NCBI RefSeq assembly: GCF_033153115.1
Contig: NW_026889809.1
Location: forward strand, 5,456,001-5,520,000
Direction: 5' to 3'
Length of the DNA stretch: 64,000 nt
Origin: Saccostrea echinata
Lineage: Eukaryota
Positions 51,192 to 64,000 of the stretch are shown here, piece after piece; the first letter of the stretch is position 1, and every line of letters begins with the position of its first letter. The position numbers and the translations under genes are program-made. The notes under the pieces are model-generated. The model saw only the letters and a list, made by a program, of their open reading frames with translations. It did no database searches and had not been told where the DNA came from.

Positions 51192-52029
51192 CTGTACGTA
51201 CATTTGTAATGAAGCTTTTCTGTAATTATAGCAATTTTATGAAGAGGATGAAGATAAAAAAGGAAACATAGTAATGTCAGTAGGAAGAGTGTCCATAACG
51301 CGAGTAAAAGCATTAGAAAAGTCTTTGTTGATGCATGCCGTCCCTTCAAGAATATTTCATATGTTCATTTATGGTCATAGGGGATATCTTTCGTACCGGC
51401 ATCTACTGCGATACCGGATTTTTGTTTTATTATAAACCAACTTTCTCAAAAATATTTTTTTTTATCGAGTTTCAAAATTTATTCCCCCGGTAGTCTCGGT
51501 ATTCGTAAACATTAATCATAGTCAATACAGGTTTTATATAAATATTCAATTGAAAAATGTTCTATATGTATAAATTCATAGAAATATGGGAAATAAGACC
51601 GACTGATTTCGTACATTGTATGAAATGTTTACACGGCTTTACTTTAATCCTTTTGTTTTTACCCTTTTTTGACGTTTTGTCTCATACGATGCGTGTTCAT
51701 AAAGTTTTATTTTAATTACTACACAATATCGTTTTGTTTCCGCAATGCCATTGCTAATTGTGTTTTTAATCGGATACAAACATCGTATGTATATATTTTT
51801 GTATCAAGTTTATATGAGTTTTATATTAAAAAGAACATATATCAGTCTTTTTATTTCTTGCAAAACTTTGATAAAGTGGTGACATTGGTCTTTAGATGAT
51901 ACTTAAAAAGAGCTGGACGAGGAAAAGGCTCTCATTTCAATAGGGAGGAGAGTTATTCTATTGTTGAAGCTAACATGTCCTTTTTGTTTTTTTGTGAATG
52001 TTTGCTTATTCATATGATATAGCGTGGTC

Positions 52030-52706
52030 TTGCAACTCTTGAAAAGACTTCTTCCTATAATAAAATTTGATTCCCTACTGTAGCCTCAAGCTATTCCAGA
52101 CGACCCTTATCTGAACAAACTGGAATCTACACTATCTGAGGATGCTTCCAGATAAAGATGATTAATCAAGGCCTTGCTGTTCTTCTTGAGATTTAAGATT
52201 TTCTCCTATACATTTCTATGTAAAACTTTGATCTATTGTAGCCCACCCTACCCCCAGGGCCCATGATGCTTCCTGATAAATATGACTAATCATGGCTCTG
52301 CTGTTCTTGAGAAGAATATTTTCCTATATAAAAATGGTCTCCTTTTGTGGCTCCACCATACCCTAAGAGGTCAGGATTTGAACAAACTTAAATCTACACT
52401 CTGTAATGAAGTTTTCAAATAACTTTCATCTTTTCTGGCCAAGGGGTTCTTGAGAAGATGTTTAAAAGATGCCATTAAATTTTCACCAATTCCTTATTTT
52501 CTCCCCTTTAAAGGGGTGTGGTCCTTCATTTGAAAAAAAATTGAATTCCCTACACAAGGATGCCTTGTGCCAAGTCTAGTTGAAGTTGTTCCAGTTGTTC
52601 TAGAGAAAACACAAGTAGTTTACATCATCAACTATGACGATGACAGACAACGGCCAAATTTTGATCAGAAAAGCTCACTCAAGCCTTTGGTTCAGGTGAG
52701 CTAAAA
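52030..52706 (+). mobile_element. HINE fragment with degenerate ~166-bp oyster satellite units
   Basis: TGAACAAACTGGAATCTACACTATCTGAGGATGCTTCC-type units. Ends AAAAGCTCACTCAAGCCTTTGGTTCAGGTGAGCTAAAA (terminal hairpin). Confidence 0.75.
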
Positions 52707-55228
52707 TGTCTACAATTCTGATTACAAGCATGTTGAAACCCATGTCACTACATGGATAGATATTCAGTGAGCTAAAATTTGAAAATGATAAAATAATGTA
52801 ATCAGAGAAAGAACTTTTGTCAAAAAAGTACAGATTTTGTAGTCTCTGCATCATGTATCAAACTTTTAATTAATTACTAACACATTTGAATTCATGACAA
52901 GACCCCAAGTCAATAAACTAACAGGAAAACAGCTTTAAATCTTGTACATTTTGACACAAAAGCACTTTCTAGGTTTAATTAGACCCATTTTTTGAGAATG
53001 AGCAAAATTTACCTACAGGTTTCCCCATTTCATGCTGCTCAAGATTTCAGTATATTAATACATGAAATTTTACCGGTGAAATCCTCGATCTGATTTCTCG
53101 GTACACATACATGTATTTCAATGTTTCTTTGTGTGATTCACTCAGGTTCTTCTACTATACACAATATTGATCTTTGAACAAATTACCAAAGGAAAAAAAA
53201 AAAAGGTATAACAATATTTTTTTTATTTTTCAACATCATGTTAAATAGACAAGTGTGTTGAACACTCAAATGGATACAGATTACTACACAATTTCTTTTA
53301 CATTTATTCTGTTTGCCATGAGATAAATATATAGTACATCCAGGACAAATTATAGAAAACCATATCAAATGACAATGCACTTAGGTGCTTATAGTTTAGT
53401 TTATAGGATGTTTTTATCCCAAAGTGATGATTAATCAGTGTCATCATGAGTAACTTCAGATTAACACTGTATAGATCTCTTTAAATAGAAAGGAACAAAA
53501 AAGCTTTGAAGTAAACATTCAGAGTTTTTAGTCTAAATCAATCCAAATTAAAAAGATTTTTAACCCAAAATATATTCAAAAAATAAATGGCTCAATTTGT
53601 TTTACTCATTATTAAATCAGTTCAAAAGTTCTACACAATTCAAAGCAGGCTAATTGTTCTTGAATATATGAGTTCATTGAACTTGTTGACAGAATAATCA
53701 ATACATATATGTTCTTTAGAAGTAACTTTAAAGCTTATTATACAATGACTTTCAATGTAAAAACAATGTAGTGTTTAGTTAACAACTTTCTATCAGATAA
53801 AAACAGGTGAATATTCATTACACAATGAATTCAGATTTTAACAGAGTCTCAGCCACTACTAAGCTCCATGATTTTCATTTTTGTGGTGGTATATTTTCTT
53901 GAAACTAAAATTAAAATCTGAACCCATCTTGATTAATTCTGCTGATTACAGCCAACTCTTGTATCATTCTTATTATGTGGGTGGGTTCTGTTAGGTCAAT
54001 ACACATGTATTTCTCCACTATTGATTTCTTAATCAAAAACTGCACAGCCAGTAATAACATTCAATCCTCTAAGAGCATCCCTTACATTTTCCAACAAATC
54101 TATGAAATAATCACAGTGACCAAGGTCTTTTAACAAAAAAAAAAAAAAAGAAAAAAAAAAAAAAGAAAAAAAAAAAAGATAAGATAAATCATTATTTGTA
54201 CTAAACATAAAGTCCCATGCCTTTATAAAAATGCTTCTTACAATGATATCATAAAAACTTGCAGTTCCTTGAAATTTGGACCCTCTACAAGATTTTAATG
54301 GCAAATTATATATATATATATATATATATTAAGCCTAAAACTAACAAAATTTGTATATATCAAGCCTGTACATATCAATATTTGCAGCTTGTGTTTACGT
54401 CATAGTACATGTAATACATTTGAATGACATTATTATGACCCCCCCCTTTTTTTTTTTAGAAAAAACATTTGCTATATTCTTTTTAAACACTGAAAAACCT
54501 TTTGTATGCTTTTGCATTAAGCCATTCTTAAAACTGAATGAAATACAGTCAACCCTTATATTTCCAACATAGCAGGATTGTCTGACTTCAAGATATCTGA
54601 TGGTTCAAGATAATGATGTTGACAAGTGGATTCATGATTCAACCAGGAATGCTGACTCACTTCAACATATTTGGATATTCAGAAAATTAATGTTCAATAC
54701 AACAAAATTCAACTTATCTAGTGTATTCAAAAAAATCAAAGTTCAAGACAACAAAGTTCAACTGTATTAGAGCAAATCATTACAAAACATTATGCCACTC
54801 AATAGATTTTTACAGTTTAATAATTGCTTCTATAATTATCATTTGTAGTAAAAACAAGGCAATAAGCCTCACAATGGAAAAATTCATGCAATTCTTTTTA
54901 CACATGAAATCATTCATAAATGTCTTATCAAATAATTGCATATATATATATATCTTCTAAAATTTTTATTCCAAGTACAAATTTGAATGTAGGTAGGTAA
55001 ATGAATAAATAATGTACAAAACAATACTTACAGCTAGGAAAAAAGGTAGCAAGAAATTTTTCTCTGATTTACAGGATCTAACAAAGTATTGATGACCAGT
55101 TTTCCACAGTTTGGCATACTATGACTGACCATGTTGTGATCATGTGATACTGTAAACAATTATCATGTTACTATAATTAGATCAGTTTTCATACATTCTT
55201 TCATACACTTTCACACAGGGTTCATAAT

Positions 55229-55356
55229 TTATAAAGCAAACAAGGGATTCTCTTCGTCATCTTTTTGTAGCTTCCGTGACCTTTGACCTGTAGCGGCTGT
55301 TATGCTGGGGAGGGTGTCAGCAGCTTGGGCTCTATCATTCAAGAAGGAATCAAACT
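55229..55356 (-). CDS. TOM1L2: Last coding exon of a TOM1/TOM1L2 (target of Myb1) endosomal adaptor homolog; upstream exons lie beyond the window
   Basis: Minus strand after a polyT-CAG acceptor reads (E)FDSFLNDRAQAADTLPSITAATGQRSRKLQKDDEENPLFAL*. This matches the vertebrate TOM1/TOM1L2 C-terminal pattern EEFDKFLEERAKAA...LFAL. Invertebrates may have a single TOM1/TOM1L2 co-ortholog. Confidence 0.8.
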
Positions 55357-55738
55357 CTGAAAAAAAAAAATCAAAATTATACTAATTTTATTACAATCTA
55401 TGTGCTTCATTATCAAATTATTTGATATTCAAAGTTCATATAATGAAACAAAAAACAAAACAAACAAACAAACAAAAAAAAACAAAACAGTGCTGCATAT
55501 TTATGATCTGGCATGGTTCAAGTCTTCTTGATACATACAATGCATAACGAGAAACAGAATAATAAGGGCATCAGAAAGAACAAATTCCTCTCACATTTTA
55601 TCTTTAATACTGTTTCTAAGTCAAAAGAAATGATTGTCATTATAAATTTTATCTAAAATAAAAACATTTAGCAAACCTTTGACATTAAAAAATAAATTAA
55701 CAAGCTAATTCAGAGAATTTGTGTCCCCTGACTTAAAG

Positions 55739-56375
55739 AACAAGAGGCCCATGGGCCATAATGCTCACCTGAGTAAATTTGGCCCTGCTGTTCTTCACCT
55801 GATTTCCTCCCATGTAATACCTATTGTGACCCTGTCCTACCCCCAGGGGTCATGAATTGAATTTAGAATCTACACTACCCCAGGATGCTTTCACTTAAGT
55901 TTCAGCTTTTCTGGCCCAGTGGTTCTTGAGAAGAAGATTTTTAAAGATTTTTCCTATATATTTTAATGTAAAACTTAGATTCCTTAATGTGACCTCACCC
56001 TACCCCCAGGGGCCATGATTTGAACAAATTAGAATCTACACTACCCCAGGCTGCTTCCACATAAGTTTCAGCTTTTCTGGCCCAGTGGTTCTTGAGAGGA
56101 AGATTTTTTAAAGATTTTTCCTATACATCTCAATGTAAAAATTGAAATCCTCATTGTAGCCTTGCCCTAACCCCAGGGGTCATGATTTGAACAATCTAGA
56201 TTCTTCAGTACCCCAGGATGCTTCCACATAAGTTTCAGCTTTTCTGGCCAATTGGTTCTTGAGAAGAAGATTTTTTAATGACCCCATCCTATTTTTTTTC
56301 TTGATTATCTCCCCTTGGAAGGGGGCTTGGTCCTTTATTTTAATAATTTAACCCCCCTTCACCCAAGGATGCTTT
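55739..56375 (+). mobile_element. Truncated HINE with ~166-bp satellite (Cg170/HindIII-like) units
   Basis: Start AACAAGAGGCCCATGGGCCATAATGCTCACCTGAGT, then three units CCCCAGGGGCCATGATTTGAACAAATTAGAATCTACACTACCCCAGG..TTCTTGAGAAGAAGATTTTT. The 3' hairpin is missing. Confidence 0.8.
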
Positions 56376-56682
56376 TGCAGGTCCAAAGGCTTAAAATGCA
56401 CTAAAAACAAACTGTTTTATTTGGTCTGTGTTGTGATTTCAATTTGAAATTCATGTATATAAGCCAATTTTCCAAGATAGTTTATAAGGTATCAAAATAA
56501 CATATTTTTGTGATGTCACATGACTTCGGTGATCACGTGACGGTCACATAATATTTCCAAAATCTTGCACACAAATTACATTGGCACAAGTGATTAACAA
56601 AATTATTGTGTACTTTTTGTTATATGAATAAATTAATCGTATCACATTGTATATATAGAGTGCTGGGGGCAAGTTTGAATTT

Positions 56683-59600
56683 TATTAGGTCTTCCGTTTT
56701 CAACGGAAGACCTATAGTGATTCTACTGTTTCTTATTAGGTCTTCCGTTTTCAACGGAAGACCTATAGTGATTCTACTGTTTCTTCTTATTAAGGTTTTC
56801 CGTCTCCACGGAAGACCTTATAGTGATTCTATTGTTTCTTATTATTAAGGTCTTCCGTTTCAGACGGAAGACCTTATAGTGATTCTACTGTTTCTTCTTT
56901 TTCTTTTTAAGGTCTTCCGTTTCAGACGGAAGACCTTATAGTGATTCTACTGTTTCTTCTTTTTCTTTTTATTATTATTATTATTATTTTTTTCCCCTTT
57001 TCTTTTCGGACGATTTCTCGGAGATGGCTGGATGGATTTTCTTGAAATTTTCAGGGATAATAGAGAATGAAAATACCTACAAATGCATCTTTCATTTTTT
57101 TCAAAATTCACTTCCGGTCGTCAGATATGTCCGATTTCCGTTTTTTTCAGAAATATTTTGTCCGAGTCATATCTCAGAAACGGTAAGATATTAAGACACC
57201 AAACTTACATGAGTAATAGATCTTGAGGAGTAAGCAAATCCATTTGGGTTAAGATCATCAGTCGTCACTTCCAGTCGTCACAGGAAGTGATCAAAGAAAT
57301 CGAAAATTTCATCTTTTCTTTTTTGAATATTTTTTTGCATCACATTATTGCATCTCATTTGTAGTTTCGAAATATGTTGGTCCCACCGGAAACAAAAACG
57401 TCAACTTCCGGCTATAAGCGAAAAACTGCATAATTTGAGTATTTTACTTTCCCATAAATATTTTTTATAGACAATGTATTTGAACTGATTTTTGAATATT
57501 TTATCAAGACTGCAAATGTCTAGAGTGACGTTAAATATCTTTGTAAAATTCACTTCCGGTCGCGCGTTTAAATGTCCGCAAAATGAGAACTTGTCCGAGT
57601 GATATCTCAGAAACAGGAAGAGATTTAGACACCAAACTTATAGGAGTATTAGACCTTGAGAAGTAGACAAAACCATTTGGGTTAAAAGCATTAGTCGTCA
57701 CTTCCGGTTGTCACAGGAAGTGATCAAAGAAATCAAAAATTTCAACTTTTCTCTTTTGGAATAAGACTTGCATCATATAATTGTATCTTTTTCACAGTTA
57801 CGATATGTGTTGGTCCCACTGGAAACAAAAAACGACAACTTCCGGTTATAAGAGAAAAACTACATAGTAGGGTATTTAATTTTCCGATACATATCGCCTA
57901 TAGATAGAGTTCTTTAAATGATTTTTATATATGTTATTGAGACTGCAGATGTCTAGAGTGATATGAAATATTTTAGTAAAATTCACTTCCGGTCGCGTGT
58001 TTTCTTGTCCTCAAAATGAAAAGTTATTTCAGCGAGATCTCGGAAACGGCATGAAAGTAAGACACCAAACTTATAGGAGTAATACAACTTGGTGAGAAGG
58101 CAAACCACATAGGGTTAAAAGCGTCAGTCGTCACTTCCGGTGATCACAGGAAGTGATCGAAGAAAACAAAAATTTCAACTTTTCTTTTTTAAAACTAAAA
58201 CTTTCATCACTTTATTGCTTCCCTTTCGCTGTTTTGAAATATGTTAGATTCCACCGGGAAAAAAAACTTTAAACTTCCGGTTTTAAGAGATAAACTACGT
58301 TATTTCGTGGTTTAACTTTCTCATAAATATCACTTATAGATAAGTATTTGAAATGTTTTTTACATATGTTGTAGATACTGCAAAAGTCAAGAGAAAATTT
58401 TTATTCTCTTCACTTCTGGTCGCGTGTTTTCCTGTCTTCAAAATTAGAATTTGTTCTCACAATTGTTCGGCAACAGTAAAAGACTGAAGTCTAAAACTTT
58501 GAGGACTTATAGTCAGTCATCAGTTCATTTGCTTCGTGTAAAAATCGTGTGTCGTCATTACTTCCGATCGTGACAGGAAACGAAGCAAAAAAGTATTTTT
58601 TAACTTATTTTGTTTTTACATAAGTTTTAGGCTAATACCGACGTTGGAAAAGACATGTTGATGCAAACAGGAAGTAGTATAACGGAAGACCTTCTCATTA
58701 CTAGTAATGAGTTTCTAGTATTCTTAATATTATTGATAGAGGAAATTTTGTAAAGAACTTTGTCCGCTCCATTTCTCCAGAACAGCTTAAGATATGAAAG
58801 TTAACTCTGTCAAATATCATAGATAATGACTTATAGATGTCACCATGAACATTTTTTCCGTCGTCAATACTTCCGGTCGTCACAGAAAGTGGATTTCAAA
58901 GTCGATTTTTTCAATTTCTTCGTCTTTCTAACTTCTTTTTTCTGTAATATTCACAGGGTATGTAAAGGCCCCTCTTTGAAGATTTTACGTATTGCCAGTT
59001 TCTTGATTTGATTAAGAAGGAATTAAATATCTTTAAATATCTTAGAATTTCTGAAAACGTAGGACCAACGTTTCTTAAACACTACAAAATATTGATTTTT
59101 TTGTCGTATATATAGTTTACGGGGACTGCTCCGAGCTCATTCACTTAGGATGAAGTGTAGAGGTAACACTTCTCTGGTGATTGAGATAGGCCAGAAAAAT
59201 CTTCCTGTTGCCATATAAACAAGTTTATATTAAATAAAAATGGTTGAGTATGATATATATCATGTGTGCACATTTTATTCACCATTCTTTTATTTTGTCA
59301 ACTGTAGAAGACGTTGTCATCTTTACAGACCCCCCCCCCCCCCCCCCCCCCTCTCTTTTATTGTAATGAATGCAAATGTCGCTTTTATGTTTTGGATTAT
59401 AAATAAAATGACCTTGACCTTCATATCACAAGCAACTCTTCTTGAAGTTTTCAAAATGATAAGGCTTAATTCTTTCTACAAAATAATGGTAATTTACATG
59501 TTTATGTTCAAGACATCCCCCCCCCCCTCCCCCACACACCACTCGAAGCAGCGAGGTGGAATAGGCAGATATAATATATACAACTTATAAGGAACTTCTT

Positions 59601-62600
59601 AAGAGTGTCATTAATAAAATTCAGTTCCCCTGATGTGATTTGATATTTTGCTACCATTCATTTTTCTTCTGATTCGTCTAAAGAATTTATAATTATTTTA
59701 TTTAGAATTAATTTATCTTTAGAAAGTAGCGATTGTCAGCTGCATTCCTTAGCATTTTCTTGTATATCTATTACTTGCATATTAATAGTTTCATTAAATA
59801 ATATATATAAGTATTAGAACTTCATTTCCATTGTTTTTATTAAATTCGTAAATCCTTGGATCCGCTCCTGCAGGTGCGCGAAAGCCTCATCACTACTGTA
59901 AACAAATTATTCATCACGCCGAAAATGTTCATGATTCCGCTAAACTAAGAAAGTTTACACATACTTTATCATCTCATAAACAACCATCAGCCCTGTCCAA
60001 TGCAGAAATGCTCGAATTGAAGGGGAAAATTCAGGAATTGTTTTGCGTCAGCCATGTTTTGACGTGAACCTTACACGCCATTCTCTTATTAAGGTCTTCC
60101 ATTTCAGACGGAAGACCTTATAGTGATTCTACTGTTTCTTCTTTTTCTTTTTATTATTATTATTTTTTTCCCTTTCTTGTTTTCACGATTTCTCAGAGAT
60201 AGCTGGACGGATTTTCTTGAAATTTTCAGGGATAATAGAGAAAAGAATTACCTACAAATGTATCTTTCATTTTTTTCAAAATTCACCTCCGGTCGTCAGT
60301 TATGTCCGATTTCCGCTTTTTTCAGAAATATTTTGTCCGAGTCATATCTCAGAAACGGTAAGAGATTAAGACACCAAACTTATCTGAATAATAGATCTTG
60401 AGGAGTAGGCAAATCCATTTGGGTTAAGAGCTTCAGCCGTCACTTCTGGTCGTCACAGGAAGTGATCAAAGAAATCGAAAATTTCAAATTTTCTTTTTTG
60501 AATCTTTTTTTGCATCATATTATTGCATCTTATTTGTAGTTTCGAAATATGTTGGTCCCACCGGAAACAAAAAACGTCAACTTCCGGCTAAAAGCGAAAA
60601 ACTGCATAATTTGAGTATTTTACTTTCCCATAAATATTTTTTGTAGATAATGTATTTGGACTGATATTTGAATATTTTATCAAGACTGCAAATGTCTAGA
60701 GTGACGTTAAATATCTTTGTAAAATTCACTTCCGGTCGCGCGTTTAAATGTCCGCAAAATGAGAACTTGTCCGAGTGATATCTCAGAAACAGGAAGAGAT
60801 TTAGACACCAAACTTATAGGAGTATTAGACCTTGAGAAGTAGACAAAACCATTTGGGTTAAGAGCGTCAGTCGTCACTTCCGGTCATCACAGGAAGTGAT
60901 CAAATAAATTAAAAATTTCATATTTTCTTTTTTGGAATAAGACTTGCATCATATAATTGTATCTTTTTTAGAGTTACGAAATGTGTTGGTCTCACCAGAA
61001 ACAAAAAACGACAACTTCCGGTTATAAGAGAAAAACTACATAATAGGGTATATAATTTGCCCATACATATCGCCTATAGATAGTGTTCTTTGAATGATTT
61101 TTATATATGTTGTTGAGGCTGCAGATGTCTAGAGTGGCGTGAAATATCTTAGTAAAATTCACTTCCGGTCGCCTGTTTTCTTGTCCTCAAAATGAAAACT
61201 TATTTCAAAGAGATCTCAGAAACGACATGAGATTAAGACACTAAACTTATAGGAGTAATAAACCTTGGTGAGTGGGCAAAACATATAGGGTTAAACTCGT
61301 AAGCCGTCACTTCCGGTCGTCACAGGAAGTGATCAAAGAAATAAAAAATTTCAACTTTTCTTTTTAAAATTAAAACTTGCATCACTTTATTGCTTCTCTT
61401 TCGCTGTTTTGAAATATGTTAGATTCTACCGGAAACAAAAACTTTAAACTTCCGGGTTTTAAGAGATAAATTACGTTATTTCGTGGTTTAACTTTCTCAT
61501 AAATATCACTTATATATAAGTATTTGAAATGTTTTTTACATATGTTGTAGATACTGCAAAAGTCAAGAGAAAATTCAGAGATTTTTATTCAGTTCACTTC
61601 CGGTCGTGTGTTTTCCTGTCCTCAAAATTAGAATTTGTTCTCACAATTGTTCGGCAACAATAATTATAATAGACTGAAGTCTAAAACTTTCAGGACTTAT
61701 AGTCAGTCATCAGTTCATTTGCATCGTGTAAAAATCGTGTGTCGTCATTACTTCCGGTCGTGACAGGAAACGAAGCAAAAAAGTAATTTTTTAAAGTTAT
61801 TTTGTTTCTACATAAGTTTTAGGCTAATACCGACGTTGGAAAAGACATGTTGATGCAAACAGGAAGTAGTATAACGGAAGACCTTCTCATTACTAGTAAT
61901 GAGTTTCTAGTTATTATTATTATTTTTGTCCCCTTTCTTGTTTTCACGATTTCTCAGAGATGGCTGGACGGATTTTCTTGAAATTTTCAGGGATAATAGA
62001 GAATGAAAATACCTACAAATGTGTCTTTCATTTTTTCAAAATTCACTTCCGGTCGTCAGATATGTCCGATTTCCGTTTTTTTCAGAAATATTTTGTCCGA
62101 GTCATATCTCAGAAACGGTAAGAGATTAAGACACCAAACTTATATGAGTAATAGATCTTGAGGAGTAGGCAAATCCATTTGGGTTAAAAGCGTCAGCCGT
62201 CACTTCCGGTCGTCACAGGAAGTGATTAAAGAAATCGAAATTTTCAACTTTTCTTTTTTGATTTTTTTCTTTCATCACCTTGTCGCATCTTATTTGTAGA
62301 TTCGAAATATGTTGGTCCCACCGGAAACAAAAACGTCAACTTCCGGCTATAAGCGAAAAACTGCATAATTTGAGTATTTTACTTTCCCATAAATATTTTT
62401 TAACAGATAAAGTATTTGAACTGATTTCTAAATATGTTATCAAGATTGCAAATGTCTAGAGTAACGTCAAATATCTTTGTAAAATTCACTTCCGGTCGCG
62501 CTTTTAAATGTCCGCAAATTGAGAACTTGTCCCAGTGATATTTCAGAAACAGGAAGAGATTTAGACACCAAACTTATAGGAGTATTAGACCTTGAGGAGT

Positions 62601-64000
62601 AGACAAAACCATTTGGGTTAAGAGCGTCAGTCGTCACTTCCGGTCGTCACAGGAAGTGATCAAATAAATTAAAAATTTCATATTTTCTTTTTTGGAATAA
62701 GACTTGCATCATATAATTGTATCTTTTTTAGAGTTACGAAATGTGTTGGTCTCACCAGAAACAAAAAACGACAACTTCCGGTTATAAGAGAAAAACTACA
62801 TAATAGGGTATATAATTTGCCCATACATATCGCCTATAGATAGTGTTCTTTGAATGATTTTTATATATGTTGTTGAGGCTGCAGATGTCTAGAGTGGCGT
62901 GAAATATCTTAGTAAAATTCACTTCCGGTCGCCTGTTTTCTTGTCCTCAAAATGAAAACTTATTTCAAAGAGATCTCAGAAACGACATGAGATTAAGACA
63001 CTAAACTTATAGGAGTAATAAACCTTGGTGAGTGGGCAAAACATATAGGGTTAAACTCGTAAGCCGTCACTTCCGGTCGTCACAGGAAGTGATCAAAGAA
63101 ATAAAAAATTTCAACTTTTCTTTTTAAAATTAAAACTTGCATCACTTTATTGCTTCTCTTTCGCTGTTTTGAAATATGTTAGATTCTACCAGAAACAAAA
63201 ACTTTAAACTTCCGGGTTTTAAGAGATAAATTACGTTATTTCGTGGTTTAACTTTCTCATAAATATCACTTATATATAAGTATTTGAAATGTTTTTTACA
63301 TATGTTGTAGATACTGCAAAAGTCAAGAGAAAATTCAGAGATTTTTATTCAGTTCACTTCCGGTCGTGTGTTTTCCTGTCCTCAAAATTAGAATTTGTTC
63401 TCACAATTGTTCGGCAACAATAATTATAATAGACTGAAGTCTAAAACTTTCAGGACTTATAGTCAGTCATCAGTTCATTTGCATCGTGTAAAAATCGTGT
63501 GTCGTCATTACTTCCGGTCGTGACAGGAAACGAAGCAAAAAAGTAATTTTTTAAGCTATTTTGTTTCTACATAAGTTTTAGGCTAATACCGACGTTAAAA
63601 GACATGTTGATGCAAACAGGAAGTAGTATAACGGAAGACCTTCTCATTACTAGTAATGAGTTTCTAGTTAAGGTCTTCCGTTTCAGACGGAAGACCTTAT
63701 AGTGATTCTACTGTTTCTTTTTATTATTATTTTTATTAAGGTCTTCCGTTTCAGACGGAAGACCTTATAGTGATTCTACTGTTTCTTTTTATTATTATTT
63801 TTTTTTTCCCCTTTTCTTGTCGGAGCGTTTTCTCAGAGATGGCTGGACGGATTTTCTTGAAATTTTCAGGGATGATAGAGAATGAAAATACCCCTAGGCG
63901 TTTTTTTCATTTTTTCAAAATTCACTTCCGGTCGTCAGATATGTCCGATTTCCGTTTTTTTCAAAAATATTTTGTCCCAGTCATATCTCAGAAAAGGTAA
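56683..64000 (-). mobile_element. Cluster of tandem ~1.8-kb Helentron-associated elements with ~435-bp internal repeats and stacked terminal hairpins
   Basis: Copies at ~56907-58718, 60088-61910, 61911-63668 and 63669->64000. Each full copy ends AACGGAAGACCTTCTCATTACTAGTAATGAGTTTCTAGT. The other end carries the hairpin AGGTCTTCCGT..ACGGAAGACCT, which is missing from the third copy. AAAATTCACTTCCGGTCG recurs every ~435 bp. Confidence 0.8.

Noticed and set aside
56683-56960. CRISPR-like array of palindromic repeats
   Set aside because: Eukaryotic context, no unique spacers and no cas genes. The unit is the terminal hairpin of the adjacent Helentron-type element.

Overview
AT-rich animal genomic DNA, most likely an oyster (Ostreidae). 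That assignment is inferred from the ~166-bp satellite-bearing Helentron-type elements and the repeat families, not from a database search. Four spliced genes can be read by hand. (1) A secreted Gly-rich, shematrin-like structural protein (7634-9178, +, ~452 aa). (2) A giant GH18 chitinase (16615/22344-41434, +). One reading frame runs through nine tandem, nearly identical 1892-bp genomic units, each encoding a complete, catalytically intact GH18 domain (408 aa per unit). These are followed by two CBM14 chitin-binding domains, a Ser/Thr stalk and a GPI-type C-terminus (~4170 aa, ~60 coding exons). (3) A small single-pass membrane protein with almost no ectodomain (47454-50873, +, ~246 aa). (4) The last coding exon of a TOM1/TOM1L2 homolog (55229-55356, -). 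The rest is MITEs, tRNA-SINEs, decayed LINE/Penelope fragments, Helentron-associated satellite elements and one N gap. The standout is the homogenised nine-domain, probably membrane-tethered poly-chitinase. Its variant pattern and GC-enriched introns suggest ongoing concerted evolution rather than a simple assembly artefact.
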